Shown one piece after another: positions 25,611-38,321 of a DNA stretch of 64,000 bases. A model generated the notes under the pieces. The model was not told where the DNA came from and did not search any database. It saw only the letters and a list, made by a program, of their open reading frames with translations. How positions within the stretch are numbered: position 1 is the first letter of the stretch; each line of letters begins with the position of its first letter. A program made the position numbers and the translations under genes. Source of the DNA: Lama glama (taxonomy: Eukaryota); assembly GCA_028534125.1 (NCBI GenBank), contig CM052816.1, forward strand, positions 45,076,001-45,140,000, written 5' to 3'.

Positions 25611-28600
25611 TAAGTAGTACTGAACATTTATTTTCTTCCCATCCTTATTTTCACCCACAAATGTAAGGATGCCAGGTTATATGCTATACTATGTCCTTCA
25701 CTGTCAAAGTTTTATGAACTATACGAAATAATGGAGATAAGCCCATTTTTAGCTTAAAAATGAAATCGAGTTACTAGTCCTGGCCAAGCCAACTGTCATC
25801 TTTGAAAAACAGAGACTACTCTTGAGTTTGGATGTTAAAATATATCTTATAATTCAGGGTGCACATGTGCAGAATGTGAATTTGTGTTGCAAGTTTTCTC
25901 GAAGCTAGTGTGCAACTGCCTGATTGGTCCAAGTATTAGCACAGCAACAGAATTTTAGAAACCTCCGCATTCGTTGCCAAAGCCAATCACACACTACAAA
26001 TGCAGTTTCCAAACTCACTATAATCATCAGCGTCTTTGTAAGGATACTGCAAGTGCACCGTTCCTTTTATTTTTTAGAAATGCTAACTCCAGCCTTCTAT
26101 TCTTCTACATTCCCTGTAGGAACATAGAGGTTATTTTTACATAACTTTTAAAAGAAGTCCACAGCTTTTAATAAGTGGAGACGTGGGCAAAAATGACATT
26201 TATGCATTATCTTCAGATAGACTGAGGTTTACATTGTGTAATGTTCCAGACAAGGTCGCAGTGCAACAGAATGGGCTGTTTGCTGTATGAGCCACAAATA
26301 CATGAGGCTAGATTGGCTTGGAGATATGCAAATATCAGTGTATTTTGTTGTGTAATGTGACCAGATGTGTTTAAAATGCAACAAAAGCTGAGTCACATCT
26401 TCCATGAAGCTGAGCACCAGTGAGAAGCAGCTGAATAGTGTGGTCACAAGACAAGGCTCACAGTAAGAGGCTGCTTGCAATATTTTATCTTTTTCCATAT
26501 TTTGAAAAGGGATTCTCAGTTCCAGTTCTATCTATGTACATTTTTCGGAAGCACGTCATGCACCACTTTCTTAGATGAGGAAACCATCCCAGGAAGACAG
26601 AGTGGGCCCAAGTCTGAGGCAGAGACCTGCTAACCTGTCTTGCTGTTTGCCTGGGAGAGCCCAGCTTGTTCCCAGAGTGAGCAGGAGTCATTCCGCTAGA
26701 GCGACAAATTACTCCTAGGGTCGCCTAGTGGGTACAGGGGAGATACAGGTTCCAACAACACTGCCTGCAGGAGAGACTTTTTTTTTTTTTAATTAATACA
26801 TAGTGAGGATCTAAGAGGCTTTACCACGACGAAAGATACAGTGAAGAGAGAAATGGAACGCCAACACCAACGAGGAAAGGAACATCAGGGAAAGGGGCAT
26901 TCCAAGTTTTGAGGTTTTGTTTAGTTTTGGTTTGGTTCTTTTGAGAAATGATTTTGTAACTTTTTTGTTTGTGTGGCGGGGGGGGGATTTTAAATCTTCC
27001 CCTTTTTTAGATTTGGAATGTGTCTTTCCGTGAGGTAAGGAAGAGTTACTGTAAATGCCTAACCTCTATTTTTCCTCTTTCTGCTAAGAAAATTGCCGTG
27101 AAACAGGCTGCTGATGCTGCTCCCTTATTTTGCACCAAGTAAATGTTTAAATATTTTAAAATAAACATGTTTCAGCTGACTGCTGGATGAGATTCATTAC
27201 AGCCAGGAGGAACTCAGTGGAACCGTTCAAGGAGATCTGGTTAATATCACCATGATTTATGCCTGTGGTGGAAATTGCACTAATATTTACACAAAGGGCA
27301 TGGTTTGGGGGCAATGGCAAGGCCCGACTGAAGTGAGAATTTGCACAGTCAATGCCCACTAATGAAAATAGCTACAGTTTAGTGCTCTTTCCAAAAGCAT
27401 AATTAGGTCCTTCAAATGACATGTTATTTTCACATTTTTACTCTTAAGCTACAAACTTTTCCTTGCCATCCAGTGCCTGCATTGAGATTATTACTTTGCA
27501 AAAACAATAAAGCCAGATAATACTAGGCTACAGGATAACTTCTAAAAAAAATGGACTTTGGCTATTCTTTGATAAGATTTACCAGTGGGAGGAGGAAATC
27601 ATGATTTTCTTGATTAGTTATATTTTTTAAAAAATGATCTTTGAGTAATCTTTATAGTGTCTGAGCAATACTGTAGAACTGCATTTCTTGGCACTCTAAA
27701 CATTTGAGTGAATTTGATGTGGGTGGGGAAGAAACTTCAGACCAAAAATTACACTGGAAATACAGTTCTACTAAAGTCCTTGTGGGTTTCCTCACTTCAG
27801 TGATGAGTGAGCCACTGGGAAATCTCTGATGCTGGGTTTGCCAGCTTTTCACTTTTTCTTTATTCTTGCTTTCCAAGTTCAATGGTTTTCTAATTCATTC
27901 AGGAAGCAGAACATCCTGGAAGTCAAGGTGCTCTGCATGTCACATGTCAAAATACAGATATGTCTATTCTGATTCAATACAAAAAGACTTACCTATGCAT
28001 CTATAGCTAGGGATGGTAATCTATATAAATATATAAAAATGTGTACATTTATTTTGTTTTTCAAGATTTTTCAACATTGGTGCTGTAAATAACCTTCCCT
28101 TGATCTTATATTTTTAAATAAAACAAAGCTGTTTCCAATTAGGGCTGTTCCCATCTTTTCCTTTTTGTACTTGTTACTTATTCACTCACTTTTGTAGCCA
28201 GCAAATAAGATGCAATAGCTGATGTTTTAAGAAAAAATCATAAGAGAAAAATCTAAAATTTTAATGATTCTAGGCACTTATTTGAGATTTTTCTGAGTTG
28301 GGAAAATTCCTTTTTTTGATTTAAGCACTGAAGACATTAGTCCAGCTCATAGTCCAGCAATACTAGATTTGAACAAAGCTTGAGAACTGTTCCTCTAATT
28401 TTAAGTTGAAAATGCATAACAACACCTAATTTCTGCTCATAAGATAGAGACGGGGCATTAATATCGGCCAAGGTTAACTGGAAGGCAGCTATGGACAGCT
28501 TCCTTGTTTTTTGTTTTTTTAATCTTTGTTGAGTGCTTAACTATGTGCCAGGCACTGATTTAAACTCTTTAAGTATATTAATATTTTTAATCTTCAAAAC

Positions 28601-28619
28601 TCTACAAAGCAGATAATAT

Positions 28620-29260
28620 CATTCCTTCATTTATTAACACATTTATACCAAGTGCCTGGCACTATTCTATGCCCTGGGGTAGAATATGAACAAAACTAAG
28701 TACCTGCTCTGCAGAGTTTATAATGCTCATCAGGGGTACAACTCTGTGTTTAAATCTTCTGCTTCACCTCTTAAAAGTTCTATGACCTTGGGGAGGTTAC
28801 CTAATCTTTTTGTGCTTAAACTGCTTTCTCTGTAAAGTGCAAATGATAATAGTTCCTACCTAAGAGGCTGATATGAAGTGATCTGGTTTGATATTAATGA
28901 GTTAATAGTTGTAAAACAAAACAAAACTGAGTATGGGAAATAAATGAAGACTAGAGACAGATGAGGGGGTTTCATTTCATACAGGAGGATGGGAAAAGCC
29001 TCACCGAGATGACGTTTAAACAGACACCTGACAGAACTGAGAGCCAAGATCACATGGCCATCTAGGGGAGGAGTGGTCTGGGCAGAGGGAACAGCATGTA
29101 CAAAGGACAGAGGAAGGGGTGTGCACAGTGTGTTCGAAGAACAGCAAGGAAGCCAACACAACTGAGAAAGGGAGTACAGTAGGAGGTGAGGACAGAAGGA
29201 AGCAAGGAGCGTGATCAGGAAGAGCCTTGTAGACTATGATGACAACCCTCTAGTTTAATC
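28620..29260 (-). mobile_element. L2a fragment with a nested MIR (~28740-28910)
   Basis: gacgtttaaacagacacctga ... ggcagagggaacagcatgtacaaagg ... gaacagcaaggaagcca. Confidence 0.75.
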
Positions 29261-29269
29261 AGAACTTTA

Positions 29270-29367
29270 GGGGAGTGAGTATAGCTTAGCTGTATAGCGT
29301 GTGCTTAGCATGCATGAGGTCCTGGCTTCAATCCCTAGTACCTCCATCAAAAAGAAAAGAAAAAGAA
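29270..29367 (+). mobile_element. Vic-1-type camelid SINE
   Basis: ggggagtgagtatagcttagctgtatagcgtgtgcttagcatgcatgaggtcctggcttcaatccctagtacctcc plus A tail. TSD agaacttta (29261) / agaacttca (29368). Confidence 0.85.
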
Positions 29368-30024
29368 AGAACTTCATTCTGAATAAAGCAGGAAGCCTCA
29401 GAAGAGATCCCCAATAAGCTGTACCTTCTTCCCAACCAGGTTTTAAATAATTGGTAAAATAAAGAAGAGATTTTTACCTGATTTTCTTTCTCTGGCCCTC
29501 TTTAACGTAGCCCAGTGTAGAACAGTACTTGGCGGACAGTGGGCTCTCAAAAAATACTCGATGAGTAGACGATGGAAGAAACTCTGTTTTAAAGTAAAGA
29601 TGGAAATCAACACATCAGCTTTATTACTGATAGAGGTGAAGTTGTTAGATGCCGCTTTGGGTTATTTAGCCAAGTGGACTGGCTAATGTTGAATCCCAAT
29701 ATTAGGCAGAAAGAACCACTGATCAGTGCATCCACTGGTGGGGCAGAGGCAGCCCAAGAAAGAGTTACAAGATGGTAGAGCAAGAGGAGAGTGCCGGGGG
29801 ATGAAGTACCACGCCTGGCATCTTGTCCCAAACTTATCAGATAAGTCAATCTGTCTTCCCAGGAGCAGGGTGTTTAGAGATAGGGAGAAGCCAGGAATGT
29901 GCTTAGTAATGCTCTCTCCTTAAGGAAACCAGGAGAGGAGGAAAAGTACACCCCTCTAACAACTGAGATAAATACACATTTGAGGATCTGGAGCAGGAAA
30001 GGATATTTTCTGATTTACATTTTT

Positions 30025-30324
30025 TAAGGATTCCTACGATTTGCCCCTCCAGATGCCCTCCTTACCTTCCTCCTCTGGTTGGGTGCCTGGGGGTGAATGG
30101 GACTGGACTGTAAGAAGGGCATTGAGGAGCTTGGGCTGGGTAAGGTCCAAGTATTCTTCTGGATTCTGGTAACCACCTCCTGCACTCTGAGATACCACAT
30201 CATTGTTTTTGGATTTCCCTCAAACCTGCCGTTACTTTTGTAAATTGTTCCTTTATTAAACTCTTCAAATTACTTAGTTTGTGTATGCCATCTGTTTCCT
30301 GCTAAGACCCTGACAACAAGATAC
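30025..30324 (+). mobile_element. ERVL LTR (LTR33-like)
   Basis: ttttgtaaattgttcctttattaaactcttcaaattac ... tgccatctgtttcctgctaagaccctgac ... gataca. Confidence 0.7.
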
Positions 30325-31486
30325 AGTTCTGTGGGGAAAAGATTATTCAGCTGGGGGTGGAGGGTGCCAGAGGAGGAGGCAAGTATAAAAGCAGACCATT
30401 TAGGAGTGGACAATCCAGGTGAGAGATGATGGTGCTGAGCACTGTGGTAGGAACAAGAGACAGAGTGGGAAGTGGCTGGAGTCTGGAACTCATTTGAAGG
30501 TAGAGCCAACAGGATTTACTGATGCATCGGGTATGCACTCTAAGAGAAAAGTGTCAGGAAAGACTCCTCGTTTTGTAAATCTATGGAACAGAATGGTACT
30601 ATTTAGAGGCTTGACAGAGGGAACTGTGGTTTTTCAGAGGTAGGAAGATAACCTCCCAGAATTTGCAAGATTGCGTTAGCAAATTTTCCCCTATTGGTCG
30701 TGTTCATCTCAAAACTGTAATTCCTAGAGCCTGTCTTGGGACCTTCTGCAGTTTCTTCAATCATCTCGAGACTCTTGCAGTATTTCCACCCAAGGGAATG
30801 AATTTTAACCCACTTTAATTAAGAAAGCAAAGCTGGATGGATGCCACACAGTCTTTTTAGGAAAAAGAGTATTTCAAACCAAATTACCAAGGGATGTTGC
30901 AATTGCGGTAAATATTGGCACAGAATAAAACCCTGAGTTTCTGAGCACTGAATCTTCTCACTGGACCCACTGGCCATACGAGTGGGTCTGACCACTACTG
31001 CCTACCTATACTGAGTAAATGCAAAGTATATTCAGTAATATCTCAATTATATACAGGTGCACATGTGGGTGTGATGAAGCAAAAACCGAAAAGATAAAAA
31101 CCATTTTCCTAAGACTATAGGTAATTTTTAATTTTCTCTTTATACTTGTCCACATTCAAAGTTTTCTGAAATAATCAGGTATTAGTTTTAGAAACACTTT
31201 ATATTTTGATATTGCCTTCTTAGATGGGGCCTACTTAGCGGTCTGTGTAAAATTGTGACCCCTACCCAGCCCTGTCCCCGCCGCACTTTCACACAAACGC
31301 AACATGTAATTCTTGAGTCTTCTTCACAGCATGAATCACAGCCTGAAGTTGTATTAGTTGCTTATTGTTCAATCCCATCAATAAAATTTAGGATCTCTGA
31401 GGCAAGATGCTTGCCTGCCTCAGTCATTCTTCCAGTGCCTAGAACAGGGGCTGGCACTGAGTAGGAAGCTCAATAAATGTTTGTTA

Positions 31487-31489
<3 letters not shown>

Positions 31490-31530
<41 letters not shown>
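31490..31530. repeat. (CA)20 microsatellite at the 3' end of an L2 fragment
   Basis: Seen directly. Confidence 0.95.
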
Positions 31531-31532
<2 letters not shown>

Positions 31533-31539
31533 TTATTTT

Positions 31540-32080
31540 AAAGGTATTTGGCAAAAGAGATTGTCATGGTGATTTTAAGAAATCTACACCACTTGTATAG
31601 CGATACAAATAAAGTGATACAAATTTCCTAAGGAGAAATTTTACCATACATTTCTTAAAGACTAAAGAAAAATCATGACTTTTGATTCAGAAACTCCATT
31701 GCTAGGGCTTAGTAGAAGATTCTTGCATTTATTTACAAAAGTGTCTTTGCAGCGTCCCTGTAGTAGCATGAAAAATAAGGAGGTTTGGTTATACGTATTT
31801 TGAAGAAGCCAAAAAATAGTAAATCATTATAGCAAATTGCTGTAGAAAAATGTATATCATATATTATCAAATTTTAAAGTAGGTAATGAAGTAGCATGTT
31901 CAGTCTAATTCCTTATACATGGAAAAACTTGAAAACTCCAGATTATAAACTGTGGTTATTCCTGGATTGTGAGAATGTAGATGTTTCATAGTTTCTTCTG
32001 TGTGCTTATCTACACATTTTTGAATGTCTGCAATAAACTCGTGAAACAAAGTGTTGTTTTATGTTATTTCATTTTTCAAG
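31540..32080 (+). mobile_element. Old L1 (L1ME-like) 3' fragment
   Basis: ttttgattcagaaactccattgctagg and gtggttattcctggattgtgagaatg motifs. Confidence 0.5.
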
Positions 32081-33494
32081 AGTGTTAAAAATTATTATGA
32101 GCAATCCAGAATGGATTTCCCAAGGACTTGCAACTACAGCATATCTCAAAGTGGAAAAAATGAAATTTTCAAGGGAATTAGAGTCACAAAAATGTCTGAA
32201 TATTTTCTCTTTACTTCTGTTATCCAACATTTATCTCAAGTAGAACAACATTTCTCTCTGGGCTCCAAAAGGGATTTGTAGAATTACCACCATCTGCCAA
32301 CAGAAATTATTATTACAAACAATAATTACATTGACACTGAAAACCCTGGGGGGGTAAATACAAAAGTCACAATTCACTATTATCTTTGAGTAGAATCTGC
32401 AGAGGTTAGAGGCAAGTGGAGACAACCTCCTTCAAATTCAAATCAAATAAATAGTAGTAAGCACTCTGCCTGTTCTGGACTCACTGAGCTAAACCCTGAG
32501 AAACACAAAGTGTGTGATGCCAAGTGCTTGCTGACCAGTGACTATACTGATGCAGCCGAGAACATTTTCATCAGGGAGGTTGTTTTGGATGAGTGGAAAG
32601 GATAGTACCAGTGGTGAGGAGTGGAGTTGTGGACGGTGTGGGTTAATTCCTTAATCTGAGCCAGAGGGTACAAAAATGTGATCTGAAAGTTGAATCAGTC
32701 CTGTAGGTATTTTAAACACTTAGAGTGCTTAAAAATAAAAGTTTGAAATCTTATTTAATTCTTTTCGGACATAGCACTTAGCAGCTAGTCTAATTCAAAA
32801 GTTTAATTCATGAGCTCCTACAGGTATAGTTTTTGATCCTTGTATCTGAGCTATTCTTGGATCCCTGCTTGAAAGTTGGCCAGCATCTGTCAAACAAAAA
32901 ATCCAGAGAACACTGCTCTTTAATGAGCAATATGAAAGTGTCATGCTGTTAAATTTTAATAATGCTAGCTTCCACAATACTCAGGAAATAGCTACTAGGT
33001 AGGATTTCCTCCTAGGCCTCTTTCTTAAAGCTTTGTCCTGCTCCTGTTTATCTGCCAGGGACAAAAACAAAAAAACAAAAAGTTGCAAGCCAGTGTTAAA
33101 GGGAAACAACAAACAAAGCCGAGTAAGGGTCTGTGGTGCTGGGAAGCAGGGGTAGATGAATTTCTGCAGGACAACTGCCAGGATAATCAGAAGATAATCA
33201 GAAGTCCTCATTAGGGAGATAGAATAAAAATTTTAAAGCAGCCTCTAAATTTCAGGAATGGAATCCATTGATAAGAGTTCATTTTAAAAAGGAATCTCCA
33301 CACTTGGAGCATGAGATCAGGCTTGTCAATTTCTGTCAGTTTCCAGATTCGTAATGGGTGACTTGGCACCCTGGCTGACGGGCTGGCAAGAAAAGAGCTC
33401 TCCTGTGTCATATCAGAGACCGCCACAGAAACCCGGGGCAATGTTATTTGTCACTTAAAGGAGGAGGCAGCCTGAGAGTGTCCCATCTGCCGGC

Positions 33495-33527
33495 TGCTGA
33501 GTCATCCCACTCTGGTAGCTATTTAAA
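33495..33527 (+). promoter_or_regulatory. Core promoter of the LUCAT1-like lncRNA: NRF2/sMAF ARE (with embedded AP-1) and TATA-like box
   Basis: TGCTGAGTCAT at 33495-33505 is a full ARE/NF-E2 consensus. TATTTAAA at 33520-33527 lies 30 nt before AATCAAC at 33550, which matches the recalled 5' end of human LUCAT1. Confidence 0.75.
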
Positions 33528-33825
33528 CAGAAGCGTCCAGCCGGCACGCAATCAACAGTCCACTCAGACAATGCCCAGACCGCCAGAAGTCGTGTTCAGC
33601 TTGGATTGCCCGTGACAAGTACAACTTTCGAAAACAAGTTTCCGTCCTCTTTTCCCGGTATTGTCTGTCACTCTAGGGGGTTCTGACTTTTGGCTCCTTT
33701 CCTCAGAATGAGCCCATCCAGCCGATCCTCCAATGGAACCTTAGCCCCAGGGGCCACCAATTCCTGTTTCAACTTTTCTCACAGTCTTTCCAGTATTTCT
33801 TTCAAGTCAGCAAACATTGGCTGAG

Positions 33826-33925
33826 NNNNNNNNNNNNNNNNNNNNNNNNNNNNNNNNNNNNNNNNNNNNNNNNNNNNNNNNNNNNNNNNNNNNNNNNNNN
33901 NNNNNNNNNNNNNNNNNNNNNNNNN
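33826..33925. other. Assembly gap (100 N placeholder)
   Basis: Seen directly. Confidence 1.
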
Positions 33926-34489
33926 GCACCAATAAATACCCTTCTCTGAAAGCCATGACCCTCGTGTGTGGCTATCTGGGAGGAACTGAAGGGATGTGGG
34001 AGGCATCAAAGGGATATGGGAGGAGTGATGTTTTAGAAGGGCTTTTCCAGTCTGAAGGTGTATTTGCATTTCTACCTGTCTGCCAGCCGTCGCCCCATTT
34101 GACCTGGGCCCTCACGGCTGCTCTGTCTGGCTGTGAGTACTACTGATGCTTCTTTTCCATGCCCATCCTCTAGGTGTTCCCTTCAGTGTGTCAGATGAGG
34201 ACTCTCTTCATACTTGGCTGTCATCTGTCAGCCACAACTGTCCTGTCCAGAAGCACTGGCTTTGGCTTTCAAGCCTGCTTCCTGGCTGGCTTCTTCCCCA
34301 CTCCATTAAGGAGGATACCATTCGAAATCACATGTGCTGCAGGTGCTGCTGATGAAAGTGCTAAAGTTGCTGGATGTGACTGACGTATTTGGGAAGGACA
34401 GGACAGTGTGCCCATGCAGTTGTTGTGTCCAAATACTGTTCTTATCTCCCAGTGGAAAGGTACTGTAAATAAAGAGAAAGGCCCCTACC

Positions 34490-34720
34490 TTATTTTAAAC
34501 ATCTGAGCTAGGAGCTGTCCTAGGCACTACGTAAAAGCTGTATTTAGTTCTTGCAGTAGTAGTGTCCTTAGGTTAGAATCCCATGTTATAGACTGAGGAA
34601 AGTATGGCTCAGAGAGGTTAAGAGACTTACCCAAGGTCACACAGCTCTACAATTTTTGGTTGAGCGTGACTCTACACAGATCTATGTGAATTTGAATCTA
34701 GTCTTCTTTAAACTCCTGGT
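34490..34720 (-). mobile_element. MIR SINE
   Basis: gaggaaagtatggctcagagaggttaagagacttacccaaggtcacacagct. Confidence 0.85.
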
Positions 34721-36195
34721 ATAGTTCACAGAAGGAGCTGTGGAACGTTAACACGGCAGTAAGATTTCTGATTCCAGTCTGATTATGAGTCTTTTAAGCA
34801 TCATAGCACAAGTTTCTGACTCCTTGCTCTGAAACATGAAACTGATTGGAACAAATTAGAGTAGAAGGAAGCAACAAATGTCTAGTAAAATCTAATTCAT
34901 CCAATGAAAAGATTGATCAATATGTTTAAGTTCACAGAACTTTTAAGTAGAATAAAAGACACACTGGGAGAGAGATGTGGGGAAAATATGTCTGTTTTTA
35001 TGACTTGTTGATATCTATGGGGTTTTTCCTTAAGCCTCAAAACAATTTACAGCATTGCCAGCAGCATTCAGTACATTCAGAACAGGATCATTTCACCCAC
35101 AGCTGAACTAAGGCCATGCCTGGGACAGCACCGAGAACAGCCTTCCAGCAGACATGCCAGGGAGTAAGCCAGGGTCAGTGAGTGAAGAGGCAAGCAGGGC
35201 CATTTAAAGCAACATCGTTTATGTAAGTGTGATCTAATTGCTTCCACTGGAAATGGGTCATATTCAAGTCCAAAGAACCAGGGGCCTTAATGACCCCAGT
35301 GAAATCAGAATATGGCTTTTCTGTCAATCTCCTCGGAGAGTATGGCCCTCTGATGAAATAATGATGCTTGGATTCATTTCAGTCTGCCAGGTTTCCCACT
35401 CCCTTCTTGCTTCCTCACTGTTGATTTGTTATTTTTCTTTCTTTCTTTTTGGTTAAACACATTAAACTCAACAGGATATATCATATGACAGACTGGGATA
35501 AATTTACTACTGGGAATAGGGGAAAAGTATGGGACAAAGAAATAGGTCTTTGTTGCCTCTCACAGTCGTGATTCAGTTCTGACTCAAAAGGAAGTGTGCC
35601 ACCTACTGAATCACGGAAACCACTTCCTGTAGCTGTTTGGTTTATTCTGGAAGGGCATCAGGCCAAGTCCTGCCCTGCCCTGACCCTGACTGGCTCTTCA
35701 GAGCCAAGGCGTTCACAGCTTGAGGTGGTTTGGCCTCAGACTCTGAGAACATGACATATTAAATTACAAGTGTCTCATTTCCTAGCAAGGAGTCTTCAGC
35801 AACATGAAAATGAACATGTGTTATTTGCAAACTGAGTGTATCGTTACTCAACCTGAATATCCTTACTATTTCAGAAGGTATGTATTGTGCATGACCACTC
35901 TCCAGATCTAAATGTACACTGGCTCTGTTTTTCCTGAGGGTCACATGGGCAATCTGTAGGGTGGCATTAACCAGATGAAGCGGCAAGTGTACCCTTTCAT
36001 CTGGGAAGCAACTCTAGACTTGTCTTCATTCATTCAACGTATTTGTGAGCACATGCTCACTGCCATGTACTTGCGTAGCTGTAGAGGATACAGTGGCAAA
36101 CAAGACCTTCCGGCTCCTGACCTCATGGTGCTGATGTTCTACACTGTATGGAATACATTCTCCCCTCTAGAGGCAGGGGCTGGGCTTTGCACACC

Positions 36196-37053
36196 ATTAA
36201 AAGGAACATCAGCTAAAGTAAAGCTGTTGTTTCCTCTCTACCCACAGAACATTTCGGACACCAAGATGTGTGGTTTTTCCTCACCAAGAAATTCTCCAAT
36301 TCTTGGCAAACACGGATGGAGTAGCCTACAGTTTAACTCAGTTCTGACACTGGTTGCCTGGAGTTAGCACAGACCCCTCAGGTTAAGGGCTCAGTCCCAT
36401 CAGACTACTCCGGACTTCACACACCAAGTCCCACTTGTCACCTGGACTTCTGAACATTGAGCATTCCCACAATTCCCTCCTGAGGTTTGATAACTTGCCA
36501 TATTGGCTCACAGAACTCAGAAAAAATACTTTACTTATGTTTACTGGTTTATTTTAAAGGATACAACTCAGAAATAGCCAGGTGGGAGATTTATATAAGT
36601 CAAGGTTTTGGGGGTGGAGGGTTAGGCAATGGAGCTTCTGTGTCCTCTCTGGGTGCATCACCCTCCCAGTACCTTGATCTGTTCACCATCCCGGAAACTC
36701 TCCAGACTCCATAGTTTAGGATACACAAGGAGACTCCATTACATAGGCTGACTGAGTCAGTCATTGGCTGGTGGTGATTAAGTCCATCTCCAGCCCCTCT
36801 CCCCTCCCTGGAGGTCAGGTAGTTGGTTGGAAATGTCCAACCCTCTAATCACATGGTTGGATCCTCTGGCCACCAGCCCCATCCTCCTAGAGTTACCTTA
36901 TTATCACAAACTCAGGTATGGTTGAAAGGGGCTTATCATGAATAGCTAAAGATGCTCTTATCACCACTATCACTCAGGAAATTCCAGGAGTTTTAGGAGC
37001 TCTGTGCCAGGAACCAGGGAAGAGGACCAAAACGTCTATTTCTTATTATATCA
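36196..37053 (-). mobile_element. MER21-like solo LTR
   Basis: cctggagttagcacagacccctcaggttaagggctcagtccc ... ggctcacagaactcag ... tctgtgccaggaaccaggga ... tatttcttattatatca. Confidence 0.85.
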
Positions 37054-37977
37054 TAATCATGCAGTCTCAGCATCCAGCATTGGCCCTTGCATGAAGGAGT
37101 CCCCTCAATACTTGTTGGTAGAGTAAATATACAAAAGAAGAAAGAATAAAAGGAAGAAGGAAGGAAGAAAGGGAGGGAGGGAAAACCATCTCATTATTAT
37201 CCTTTGTTGTGTTTGGAAGTGAAGATGAAAGCATCCAGTTTTGTATTGCTTTTTTCCTTCTTGTAAACTACAGGTTTCTGTTCTTAGGTGGGTCTGGGGA
37301 TTCTACAGTGCCGCAGAACACATCGGGCTCTTTACCGGGATGTTCTGGAACCCAGGAGGCCCATTCTGAGATCAAGTCAACACTTGAAGTCCTGAGAATC
37401 CCCTCTGAGAGCAAAAGGCTCTTTGTTCTTCTCTTCAGAGGGTCACAATCGCTAATGACAGAGAATCTGTCATTCCTCTGGTGGTCCATGCCCAATAGAT
37501 GCGTTCAAGAATGGTTGCACATCTGTGCAACATGAAGCAAATAATTTACCCACCTTATAGAAGAGGTCTGAGAAGTCAAGGAAACCATATCTAGAATGGT
37601 GCTTGGCACACAATAGGCTCCTTGTAAACAGAAGCCATCACAACGGCAACTTCTCTTATTCTCATTACTGTCACTGCTCTACTACTGTTACTTTGGTTGC
37701 ATCTATAAAGCCAGCAGTTTTTCCTGGGTATGACCAGTGGCCTTAGGTTTAACAATAGCATCCTACAGTTCAGGGTGTCTCCTCCTTTCTAAACCTGTAT
37801 TTTTCTTTGAACAGATCATAAAAACTTTAAATTGACATCCAGTTGAAAATCCCTGTCAAGAAGATACTGTCTGGGTTACTTACAAGTTTAATCTTAGAGA
37901 GCAATATTTTTTCCCCAAGCATAAAATTATAACATTGAATGTTTTTAAAAAATCATATGTAACTCAAATATAAGTAA

Positions 37978-38321
37978 TGTTAAAAGATAAACAGGCATAT
38001 TAAAATTATTAAGTATTTATTTGAGCAAAGATTGAATTAAATTGGGCAACACCAAACCAGAAGTGGTTAGGAGGGCTCCACTGACAGGAGCCTGGGGAAA
38101 GAATTTTCTAGAAAAGAACTGGAAGCAAAGTAAAAGATTACTGGCAATAGTGTAAGTAGTTGCATTAATTGGAAAAGACTCATTGGCTGTTTGTGACAGG
38201 GTGTCCTTAGGTTTCGATTTCTTAGCCTCAAGGCATTTATAGGCTTGAGTTTTGGTTTGCTTACTAGGCTGCTAAGGCATTCGAACAACATTAGACTAAT
38301 GGCCTCCTGACTTAATTAACC
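37978..38321. mobile_element. ERV1-type solo LTR (family uncertain)
   Basis: Starts TGTTAAA and ends TTAAC. Contains tttatttgagcaaag and ggtttgcttactagg motifs typical of ERV1 LTRs. Confidence 0.6.

Noticed and set aside
33600..34462. Minus-strand translations loosely resembling a TESK/LIMK kinase pseudogene (YLSTGR*EQYLD; QPMFADLKEILERL)
   Set aside because: No HRD, DFG or APE motifs and many stops. The same bases are better explained as + strand LUCAT1-like exons.
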